In this document: positions 42,494 through 51,796 of the stretch, in pieces
Numbering within the stretch: the first letter of the stretch is position 1
How the letters are laid out: every line of letters starts with the position of its first letter
Assembly: GCA_963663965.2 (NCBI GenBank)
Contig: CAXXFK010000026.1
Coordinates: 1 to 64,000, forward strand
Reading direction: 5' to 3'
Length of the DNA: 64,000 bases
From: Sedimentisphaerales bacterium
GTDB lineage: Bacteria; Planctomycetota; Phycisphaerae; Sedimentisphaerales; SM23-30
The notes under the pieces: generated by a model
What the model saw: only the letters and a program-made list of their open reading frames with translations
What the model was told of the DNA's origin: nothing
Databases searched by the model: none
Position numbers and translations under genes: made by a program

Positions 42494-42536
42494 ATTTTAA
42501 TGACTATTTCGATGAATAACGGGTATCAACGGGTAT

Positions 42537-45500
42537 TTATTGCCCTGGTGATGGGGCAGAACCCATCCAGTTTTCATGATCGCTACCGTAAAGGTTGGGA
42601 TTCAGCCGTTGCAGGCTATCTCCTTGTCCATCAGCTGATACCGGCCAGGTACCATCTGGTTTATAATCGATACGTTCGAGATCAACATAATAACGATCTT
42701 TGCCCCATTCCTGGTCACCTGGGAATTGGATGGCGATCTCTTCTCCGCTATTATCCAGTTTGCCGCACGGTCCGTAAACTCGTGTTCCTACCGGCAATAA
42801 CGAATCGTAGGTTTCGTGAAAATCATCCGGATCACGGGCGACGATGATTCGTTCATCTGGATTTAAGGTAATATTCGAAGGGAAGGTATATCCTATGCCT
42901 TCGATCCGCCAAGGCAATGGCTGGATAATCGTTTGTGACTCTGAAATAGCTGTTGAGGCATCTGACATTAATAAAAGTGTCTGGCTGCTTCGGTTCAGTA
43001 ATTCAATAAATTCATAGTCGGAACCATTCACAGGGTTATAATGGATTTCCGTGATTACCAGTGGAGACTGGAGTGGTGCGCTGTTTGGTAAACCGGGGGT
43101 TGCTGAAGCCAATGCGACGAAGTCATAACCTTTGGAAAGACTGGATTTTTCGAAACGCCCCAACACCATATCTGTGGCTGATGCTCCAAACTTCTGGCTG
43201 GCCTGGTAGTAACCTGTGACTTCACCGGCATCGCCTGAGTATAAAAAGACCGTTTCACCCGCTTCGCTCAATCCGAAACGTCGTTCCGTGGGCAATTCAG
43301 TGCTGCCAAAAGTATTGTTTTGATAAAGTGTCAGATACTGGTATGCTGCAATATAGGTATTGGAAGGGAATTCATACTTACGGATGGTATCCGATGTACT
43401 GTCGTCATCAGTCAAAAACCAACCGCCAATATTAATTGCCTGGCTGGTTTGATTGTGCAATTCGATCCAATCGGGTTCGTTGCCGTGAGAATGGGCTAAC
43501 AATTCATTAATCACGATACTGTCAGGCGTCAGGGCCTGATCCTGCCCACCGGGCGAACCACCCGAAAGCGTGCTGGCTCGCCAGCCAGATTTACGATCCC
43601 ATTCTGTCAGATCATTGCCGGCCGGATCGGTCCTCGTCAGAGAAAAACCATCTCCATCGGTTATGGGGTACCAACTGTCATTGTATGTAAATGTCTGAAC
43701 AATGGCGCCTGCCGCATCGGTTACCGTAATGGTTTCACCACTGTTATCCAGCGCTCCATCAGACCATTGTTCAACCGCAATGGATTCTGACAGGTCAGGA
43801 TATAGGGTATTAAATGCATCCAGATTTTTTACCAGTATTATATATTCATCCGGCGCCAGCATATGATCAGTAAATTGGTGCCGGATCCCTTCGGTTATTT
43901 GTACCTGACTTAAATCAATGGATTCCGATCCGATATTCCTGAATTCAATAAATTCCGCCAGGGAGTCAATAGGATGGTACATGATTTCACTGATGCGTAA
44001 ATTCTGGCGTACTGTGCCATCTGCGAAAATAGCTGAGGTAGCTGGAGACCATTCATTGCCATTAAAAATGCGAGCCCGAAGCACGGTGGTTCGCTGAGGG
44101 GTAATGGACGATTCGTAGTGTATGGCTGTAGGAGAGATAGAACCAACAGGTGGCAATGAAGCGGTCAATTCGGCGGTTACGATGAAATCACTACTGGTGG
44201 ACATAGTATTTAAACCCTGAATTGCCAGCATATTAGCACCATTGCGTAAAACGGGTAAAAAACTGGAAATATCATAGTTGACAGGCTGGACCGCGAGAGC
44301 ATCCGATCGGTTATCTGCTGACGGCGAGTTCCAGAATAACTGGCCGTTGCCGGCATTATCACGGACAACTTCAACCCCATTCATCCAAACAGCGATCCCA
44401 TCATCATAGCGGAGCGACAGGATGAGTTTGCTAAAATTCGTACCGTCATACTGGAATGGAATGCGAATATAACAGGTTGGATTTTTGGTGTACATAACAT
44501 TTTTGACATTAATACCGTTGGCAATAAATGGGGTATAATCACCCGTACTCTGTTCGTATACCACTGCTCCGTTTCCAGATATCCAACCAGAATGATTGTA
44601 ATCAATCTCTGTCCATGGGTAAAGACTGGACAGGTAATTACCAGGAATCAGTTTCAGATTGGAATATCCGGACGTAGACCAGGCAACTTGTAAATGATCT
44701 CCACCGCCTTGTTCTTTTTGGAACGCTTCGATATAGTAGGCCTGTCCGGCAGTTAAATAAATTTGAGAAGATTGTTGAGACGAGTATTGATTCCAGGTAT
44801 TGGCAGGAGTCCAGCCATCGATATACGCGATTTTCTGTTTATTGGTTTCGGTAGAATCTGTGCTTAACCAGAGTTGACTGGCATCATCGGAACATATCCA
44901 AAATGTGTAATAGGCACTACTGGGTGGATAAAACAGCCCTCGCGCCCAGGTCCCGTATTCATCGCGGGAATCAATAACCGGCATGGAAAAGCTATGCCAG
45001 TATTCTACCAGGTCAGGCTGGGCAGGGTATTTAGTTGCATTGAGCAGGTTATCAACCGATGTGCCACTTATTCCAGTGTAATAGCTGGCAACAATCATTC
45101 CGGTAGCTTCTAGTATCGGTTGTGTGGGCACTTTCACATATTTCAAGGCGGATTCTTCGATCAGAGTAACCTCTATGCCTTGAGTATCAGAAGCCGGAGG
45201 TATCCAGGGATCACTGCCATCAACCGTATAATAAATCTCACCACTGGTGTTAGGATTTGACAATGTCACCGTTTGCCCGGAGGTTAAATATCCTCCATCT
45301 GGTTCAAATTGGGGTCCAACCAATGAGGGAAACCATCCTACCGAACGTAATTGAGCTAATACCCGCAATTCACGGGGGATGTTATTTCTACCAACACCGT
45401 TGATATAATCATGCAGCCAATTCTGAGCCCAATACCAGGTATCCCTCGTCAAGCTACTACTGCCCCAGCGAGCGGATTCCGCAATGATTGCCACATCGAG

Positions 45501-48500
45501 AGCGGCAGCACGACTCATCATTTGTTGCCATACTCTATCGGGAGTCAACAACCCACCGTTAAAGAAGTGCTTCTGGACCGTATCGGCAAAATGCATTCGG
45601 TACAAATCGCTTTGCCGGCACAACTGTTCATGAAGCCATTGAGAGTTGAAATGATCGAAATTGCTGCCAATCGTTGTCAGGGGGGTAACGGTATTTTCGC
45701 CATCGTAGGCTAAGCCGAATGAATGCTCTGAATCATGTTCAAACCATTTCCAGCCATCTGGATTTGACCGGTTGTAGACCGCAAACAAGTTATTGGTGCC
45801 ATAGCCCAGAAATCTTGAACTGGGGCCATCCATATCGGCCGTATAGTACTGAATGATTATGTGAGCGATCAGATTATCCACATCAAGTAATCGTTCATAA
45901 TCCGAATTACGCGAACCATCCGGATTCATGCCCTGAATACGATAGTAATCGGCAGGATCTTCCACGCCAGTAATGATTGCTTCGTACAATCGACGGTATG
46001 CGGCCCGGCCATTCCAGCCATCATTAAAGATGCCGTCAGTGGCAACGAGTGCATAACCGGCGTTGATATCAACCTTAACGGCATCGTAATCTTCCTTTGT
46101 TCCGTCCATGTACGAGGCGGCGAAACGACTGTCCACCCGTTCCTGTGTCATATACAATCCCCAATACTGGCCATTGATGTATAAATGGTAGTAGCGGCTT
46201 CGGGTATAGGGTTGTCCCATCAGCCCCTGCATGTCTCGTGAAAAGACCTCTCGTAAAAAGGTGTTTTGGTTGTTGTTTTCGAATGCCCAGGAATAATTCT
46301 GGCTGGTGCGCAGGTCGATTTTATCGAATTCGTCGGTCCCTTCCTCGCCGAATAGAGGATATTTCAGTTTGCTATCGCCATATTTACTGCGGAAGAAGAA
46401 GCGAAAGGCATGCTTGGGATTATTGCTACTGCGACTATATCCCCCACGAATGCGCATGCCGCAATTGATCTGAAATCCATCGGGGTCATCGCTGTTAATT
46501 AATTCGAGAGAACAGGGTTTTTCTTTTTGAATTGTCCAGAAATCATCGTCCCGTCTTGAGGCGGCAGCATTTACATAAATCCCGGTGGACGGATCAAATA
46601 AATTGGGTAGATCAGTAACCAGAGAAAGAGCCGGAAGCGCAAGCAAAGCGTCCTCCATTAGTGGACCATAGGTTGAATGATTGACAATTGCTGGTGTCAT
46701 GCCGTATCGCATACGCTGACTGTTAATGGCTCCACTGGCTGGCCAGCGGGAATTCGGGCGTTCGCCATTAGGGGATTGGCGTTTGATGTCTTCCAGGAAC
46801 AGGTAAGTTTGAGTATCGATATTGCTGGGCAAATGATTGGAAAGGAAAGAACGAGCGCGCAGTATGGTGGTTTTTTCGATACGTAAAGGATGGCCGGCGA
46901 TAAACAGACTCCCATTATCCCAATCCGGTTCTGAACCATCGAGGGTATAACGAATCGTGGCGTTGGGATCATTTGTGGAAATGGTTAAGTCGAAGGCGCT
47001 ATTATAGTATCCACGATCATGGCTGAAATGAGTATCCGGGGCGATACCCATTGAGATTCCTGTGTTTAACGTACCTGGTGTCGGTGGAGAGAAATAACGC
47101 TGAGATGTATAATAATCGGCATAGCCATAAGAGATATTGGGTTGTTGTGCCGGATAACCCCAGAAACCCGAAACGATGTCCCCATGGTCATTGACTAAGA
47201 GCAGCGATTCATTATTAGTTCCAAGCGAGAAATTCGTATGAATGTAGTTCCCGACGATGGTATTTCGGCCGGAGGCATAAATTATTTTGTAGGTATTGGG
47301 CGCCATTGACAACGTATTAGGAAATGACCATTTTCTCAGGTTGCCTGGGTCATCTGTCAAACTCCAACCGTACAAGGTGACCGTTTTTGAAGAAATATTC
47401 TTCAACTCTATCCAGTCCACCGCATCGCCGGCCTCATCAAATACTTCCCAGGTATCTCTGGGCTGGTCCGGGTTATCGCTGGCGTTATCACACATAAACT
47501 CATTGATCACAATTGGTCCCAATCCTTTGAGCCAAGATATTGTCATGATCGCATAATCATTCAAGTTGATCACATCATCATCGGTCAACATGGCACAGTC
47601 AGGACAGTCACTGTCTGTTAGCCATTGTTCAGCTAGAAGGGATAAGTCGGAAGCAGTAACCCAGCAATCGCCATCAATGTCGCCAATGGGACATGGATTA
47701 ACGACGAAATCAGTGATCTGAATTTTTATGGGGGCAATTCCAGCGCCATTGTAATCCGGATCTGAACTGATCATACTGTTCCGGATTAAGACTTGTTCTG
47801 TATTTTCTTCAAGATCATCGATTGAGGCGGCGATTTGTACCGTTTGTGATTGTGACCAGTTTTCCGGTGTGAATATCAGGGTCGTCTCATCGCCTCCAAA
47901 TGCACCATTCAGTTCCAAGTCGTCACTTTCGGGAGTGAAAGTAACCTGCACATCAGTTTTGGGCATGGTTGATAAAGATACTGAGATAGACGTTGATTCT
48001 CCTTCTGCCACAATAACAACGCCCTGAGGAATAACTGAAATCAAATTGGTGGGCAGGATATCCGGTCCCACTTCGTAACAATCCGATATTTCCTGATTAG
48101 TCAGAGCATGGTCCCAAATCCTAAATTCATTATAAAGGCCACTAAAACCCTGGTCTATCCATTGAGACCGGCCTAACCAGTTGTTAATGTCTGTCAGATT
48201 ACTTAAAAGCATATTGGTAGGCGTTGAGGCAACCAACTCACCATTGACAAACATTTTGTAAAGGCCGGTATCAGAATTCCAGGTAATTGCCACAAAGGCT
48301 TCGGTTCCCACATTAATCGATTGATTCCAGAGCAGCGTTTTAACGCTTGAAGAATTTTTGGATTTGGCCTGGGAGAGCAAAAATCCGCTACTGTTTTGTG
48401 TAGTCAGAAAAATAAAATCAACCCAATCCTGACTGGCATAAGTGCTTGAAATGTCTTCTCCATCACTGCTGACACCAAAATCAAAGATCCGGCACCAGGA

Positions 48501-48812
48501 ACGATCGCTATAACTGGTATACCAGATACCAAAGGTGGCCTGGGCGCCTAATGAGGAAATCAGGCCGTTGGGTAAATCAACATAAGAAATTCCCGGATCG
48601 TTACAGATAGCAGTATTGACCATTTCTAACTGACCATCAGGCATAAAAGCCAGAGAACCGGCATTTTCCCCACTTCCTTGTTTCAGTAACCCATGAGCTG
48701 AACCGATGGAATCCTGTATATTGCCATTAAAACTATACCGATGAACAAGCTCAGCTTTGCCGGATAGAACAGCACAGCATAAGACGATCCAAACTGAAAA
48801 CGGAATTCTCAT
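42537..48812 (-). CDS. Giant secreted protein: LamG-like, dockerin-like, lamin-tail domains, Fn3-associated, CotH kinase, PA14
   Basis: Signal peptide; HRYSF...WLGRSQW (LamG); GDIDGDC.V..SDL..LAEQWL; INE..DWIEL.N (LTD, x4); IRYTLDGS.P; IRGGYSR, LYINGQYWGLY..QER (CotH); FWICSDD.S.LWLS...EQGGGDH (PA14). Confidence 0.85.
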   Translation of the reverse strand: MRIPFSVWIVLCCAVLSGKAELVHRYSFNGNIQDSIGSAHGLLKQGSGENAGSLAFMPDGQLEMVNTAICNDPGISYVDLPNGLISSLGAQATFGIWYTSYSDRSWCRIFDFGVSSDGEDISSTYASQDWVDFIFLTTQNSSGFLLSQAKSKNSSSVKTLLWNQSINVGTEAFVAITWNSDTGLYKMFVNGELVASTPTNMLLSNLTDINNWLGRSQWIDQGFSGLYNEFRIWDHALTNQEISDCYEVGPDILPTNLISVIPQGVVIVAEGESTSISVSLSTMPKTDVQVTFTPESDDLELNGAFGGDETTLIFTPENWSQSQTVQIAASIDDLEENTEQVLIRNSMISSDPDYNGAGIAPIKIQITDFVVNPCPIGDIDGDCWVTASDLSLLAEQWLTDSDCPDCAMLTDDDVINLNDYAIMTISWLKGLGPIVINEFMCDNASDNPDQPRDTWEVFDEAGDAVDWIELKNISSKTVTLYGWSLTDDPGNLRKWSFPNTLSMAPNTYKIIYASGRNTIVGNYIHTNFSLGTNNESLLLVNDHGDIVSGFWGYPAQQPNISYGYADYYTSQRYFSPPTPGTLNTGISMGIAPDTHFSHDRGYYNSAFDLTISTNDPNATIRYTLDGSEPDWDNGSLFIAGHPLRIEKTTILRARSFLSNHLPSNIDTQTYLFLEDIKRQSPNGERPNSRWPASGAINSQRMRYGMTPAIVNHSTYGPLMEDALLALPALSLVTDLPNLFDPSTGIYVNAAASRRDDDFWTIQKEKPCSLELINSDDPDGFQINCGMRIRGGYSRSSNNPKHAFRFFFRSKYGDSKLKYPLFGEEGTDEFDKIDLRTSQNYSWAFENNNQNTFLREVFSRDMQGLMGQPYTRSRYYHLYINGQYWGLYMTQERVDSRFAASYMDGTKEDYDAVKVDINAGYALVATDGIFNDGWNGRAAYRRLYEAIITGVEDPADYYRIQGMNPDGSRNSDYERLLDVDNLIAHIIIQYYTADMDGPSSRFLGYGTNNLFAVYNRSNPDGWKWFEHDSEHSFGLAYDGENTVTPLTTIGSNFDHFNSQWLHEQLCRQSDLYRMHFADTVQKHFFNGGLLTPDRVWQQMMSRAAALDVAIIAESARWGSSSLTRDTWYWAQNWLHDYINGVGRNNIPRELRVLAQLRSVGWFPSLVGPQFEPDGGYLTSGQTVTLSNPNTSGEIYYTVDGSDPWIPPASDTQGIEVTLIEESALKYVKVPTQPILEATGMIVASYYTGISGTSVDNLLNATKYPAQPDLVEYWHSFSMPVIDSRDEYGTWARGLFYPPSSAYYTFWICSDDASQLWLSTDSTETNKQKIAYIDGWTPANTWNQYSSQQSSQIYLTAGQAYYIEAFQKEQGGGDHLQVAWSTSGYSNLKLIPGNYLSSLYPWTEIDYNHSGWISGNGAVVYEQSTGDYTPFIANGINVKNVMYTKNPTCYIRIPFQYDGTNFSKLILSLRYDDGIAVWMNGVEVVRDNAGNGQLFWNSPSADNRSDALAVQPVNYDISSFLPVLRNGANMLAIQGLNTMSTSSDFIVTAELTASLPPVGSISPTAIHYESSITPQRTTVLRARIFNGNEWSPATSAIFADGTVRQNLRISEIMYHPIDSLAEFIEFRNIGSESIDLSQVQITEGIRHQFTDHMLAPDEYIILVKNLDAFNTLYPDLSESIAVEQWSDGALDNSGETITVTDAAGAIVQTFTYNDSWYPITDGDGFSLTRTDPAGNDLTEWDRKSGWRASTLSGGSPGGQDQALTPDSIVINELLAHSHGNEPDWIELHNQTSQAINIGGWFLTDDDSTSDTIRKYEFPSNTYIAAYQYLTLYQNNTFGSTELPTERRFGLSEAGETVFLYSGDAGEVTGYYQASQKFGASATDMVLGRFEKSSLSKGYDFVALASATPGLPNSAPLQSPLVITEIHYNPVNGSDYEFIELLNRSSQTLLLMSDASTAISESQTIIQPLPWRIEGIGYTFPSNITLNPDERIIVARDPDDFHETYDSLLPVGTRVYGPCGKLDNSGEEIAIQFPGDQEWGKDRYYVDLERIDYKPDGTWPVSADGQGDSLQRLNPNLYGSDHENWMGSAPSPGQ

Positions 48813-49786
48813 AGGCTCACTCCAATTATTTATATTTCAATTTATATATAATTATTTATCGTAGTAAATATTTACGATTATTATTTGAAAGTTTTATGAG
48901 ACTAATATTTTATGAATAGCCGTTAAAAAATTTTGGCATAAGTTTATGTGTTAGTTAAAATGTTATGTGAATAGGTTTCTTTGCACCAATTAGTATGGAT
49001 GCTAACGTGCTGAAAATGAACTTGTTATGGCGATAGATGGTTGGTAAAGCGTTGCAAGTGGTGTTAGAAATATAATGAAATTTTAATTAATTGCCCATTC
49101 AAGTCTATTATTTTATATTATTTAACCATGCATATTAACTATGATTTGTATTTAAATGAAAAATATAAGCCAATTTTAATACAAAAACAATAATCCATTA
49201 TACCGTAAAGCCTCATCGAATCTAACAGAAATCTAATAATCAAAACGTTGATTTCCTGATTTGTATACCAAAGATGGGATGTAATTATTCAATTTATAAA
49301 TTTCCAAGTCGAGAACGCTTATATATTTATTTATGATGAACGGGCAATCACTTGGTAGAATTTTTGGGTAAATATAAAATAACTAATTGAATGACAGATA
49401 GTTATGAGTATTTTTGTTGCATTGAAAGCTATGTGATAGTCTATATAGCCATGACATTGAAATATAATCCTAAGCGTAAGCTATACCCAATGGGAATGCG
49501 AATTCCTAATTGCTCGAAAGATAACTTATTACTCATCAAGTATTTATCTCCCGGTGCAACGGGAAAATTCAATTGTAAAGGGTATAAAATTTATTGATCA
49601 TAGAACTCCCAATCGTTACTGTTACAAACAGAACCAAGCTCCGTGTTTATATTTGCCACCCCATAACAATCAACAAATGACTGTTAGCGTTCAATTAATG
49701 TAAACTTGGCGATTCTCAAGAAAAAATTGAAATATCTGGATTATGAAGAGTCGGGTGGCCTGGCCAATTGAGGAGATGGGTTTTCT

Positions 49787-49892
49787 GGATAATTCTATGA
49801 TATGACTGCAGATCCTGACGAGACGAGTTAATCAATATAAAATCTTGGAATATCAGGTGATTGTTATTGAACATAATAGGTTGTTGGAATAG
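49787..49892 (+). pseudogene. Decayed sulfatase C-terminal remnant
   Basis: G*FYDMTADPDET-(shift)-VNQYKILEYQVIVIEHNRLLE* resembles the sulfatase C-terminal ELYD...DP.E..NL motif. Confidence 0.5.
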
Positions 49893-49937
49893 TATCAATC
49901 ACACAGTTTTCAGCAGATCAATATAATAGGAATCAAT

Positions 49938-51311
49938 ATGAAATATTCACGTCGTGATTTCATTGGTGTATCGGCTATGGTAATTTCAGGAGGATTTCCC
50001 TCGTTATTTTCACAACAGTATGGCGCTCAAGCAAAATCTGATTCGTTATGCAAGCCCAATATTATTCTGATTATGGCGGATGATCTGGGGTACGGCGATC
50101 TGAGTTGTTTTGGCAGCCAAACGATCCATACCCCATGTCTTGACGAGTTGTGTGCTAATGGGATGAAACTGACCGATTTTCATTCCAATGGCGCGGTATG
50201 TTCACCTACTCGCGCCGCTTTGCTCACAGGCCGGTATCAGCAACGAGCAGGTATCGGTGGTGTCATAACAGCCAAAAACCATCGCAACGTCGGTATGAGC
50301 TTAAGTGAATTCACTTTGGCTGAAATGTTTAAGACCATTGGCTATCAAACAGGTCTTTTCGGGAAATGGCACCTGGGGTATGCCAGTCAATATAATCCCA
50401 CTCAACAGGGATTTGATGAATTCAAGGGATATGTCAGTGGTAATGTGGATTACCATAGCCATGTTGATCAGGAAGGATACTTTGATTGGTGGCAGGATAG
50501 TAAACTGAAGGATCAACCCGGCTATGTTACCCATTTGATTACAGAAAACTGCCTGGATTTTATCCAGAGACATAAAAATGAACCCTTTTTTTTGTATGTT
50601 CCCCATGAAACCCCTCATTCGCCGATTCAGATACCAGACGATCAGGCATTCCGCCAGTCCGGAGGCGGCAGAATACCCGGAGCTACTTATAAGCCAAGCG
50701 CTGACAAGTATCAGAAGATGATCGAAATCATGGATGGCGGGATTAGTAAGATAGTTAAAAAGATTCGCGATCTAAAGCTGGAAAAAAATACACTTATCAT
50801 ATTTTGTTCTGATAACGGGCCGGTTACCAATTATGGTGGCAGTGCCGGCGGCCTTCGGGGTAATAAAGGCACGTTATGGGAAGGGGGGCATCGAGTGCCT
50901 GCAATTGTTTATTGGCCTGGTAAAATAAAACCTGGAATATGTAGTGACCAGACGATTATGACTATGGATATCATGCCTACATTGGCAAGCATCACCCAAA
51001 CTGCTTTACCAGATTCACTTAGACTTGATGGCATCGATATCTCACCCGTCCTGTTTTCAAAGTCATCGCTGTCTGCACGTACACTGTTCTGGCAGTATGG
51101 CAAACAAAAAGCTGTTCGCCAAGGAAAGTGGAAATGGCTTAACGATGCAAATGAAAATTCGCCTGATAAAATGAAGTTATACAATTTGGAAACTGATAAA
51201 GAAGAAAATTATGACTTAAGCCGTAATTTTCCTGATATTACTCAGCGGATGCAGGTTCTATTTGACGGTTGGTACGATGAAGTAACCCATCGTATTAACC
51301 AAGTCTCTTGA
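49938..51311 (+). CDS. Tat-exported arylsulfatase-like S1 sulfatase
   Basis: SRRDFI Tat motif; PNIILIMADDLGYGD, VCSPTRAALLTGRY, GKWHLG, SDNG, KG.LWEGGHRVP. Confidence 0.93.
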   Translation: MKYSRRDFIGVSAMVISGGFPSLFSQQYGAQAKSDSLCKPNIILIMADDLGYGDLSCFGSQTIHTPCLDELCANGMKLTDFHSNGAVCSPTRAALLTGRYQQRAGIGGVITAKNHRNVGMSLSEFTLAEMFKTIGYQTGLFGKWHLGYASQYNPTQQGFDEFKGYVSGNVDYHSHVDQEGYFDWWQDSKLKDQPGYVTHLITENCLDFIQRHKNEPFFLYVPHETPHSPIQIPDDQAFRQSGGGRIPGATYKPSADKYQKMIEIMDGGISKIVKKIRDLKLEKNTLIIFCSDNGPVTNYGGSAGGLRGNKGTLWEGGHRVPAIVYWPGKIKPGICSDQTIMTMDIMPTLASITQTALPDSLRLDGIDISPVLFSKSSLSARTLFWQYGKQKAVRQGKWKWLNDANENSPDKMKLYNLETDKEENYDLSRNFPDITQRMQVLFDGWYDEVTHRINQVS

Positions 51312-51449
51312 ATTCGATGTCACGATGCTGAGGAGAGATTTATCCTTGATCCGCTTTGAGATACAAAGGATATTTTAAGGTAAAGGGGAAAATAGGTAAA
51401 TTTTCAGATTATGTTTTTTATTGAGGTATCAATATTTCTGATTGATTAA

Positions 51450-51627
51450 GGGACCGTAAATAAATAACACCTTCATTTCCCATCCCAGATTGCCGCCATC
51501 TTCAGCTGCTTCTCAATCGCGAACTCCTCGACATAGAATAACTATGCCTGCGGTTTCACTCAATCGGCGCGACTGAAACTGACGATAAGTTGGGCGATCA
51601 ATGCAGCATTTATTTATATACGGACCC
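51450..51627. mobile_element. 178-bp MITE (non-autonomous) with 18-bp TIRs and TAA target duplication
   Basis: Left GGGACCGTAAATAAATAA vs right(rc) GGGTCCGTATATAAATAA (16/18); TAA at 51447-51449 and 51628-51630; no ORF. Confidence 0.78.
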
Positions 51628-51796
51628 TAATGAGCAGATTCTGGACTTTGGTAAACGTATTGGACAAATTTTTAGACAGGTTGATTAATCAAGATTGAAT
51701 TCTAGATAATAGACAATATAATGTTAATTGTACTTAAGGAACGAAGTGCTATAACCTGTTTGTTCACATAGAATTAATTGTTTTATGGAGACTATC

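Noticed and set aside
49391..49597. 68-aa ORF in AT-rich spacer
   Set aside because: No RBS, motif or recognisable similarity.
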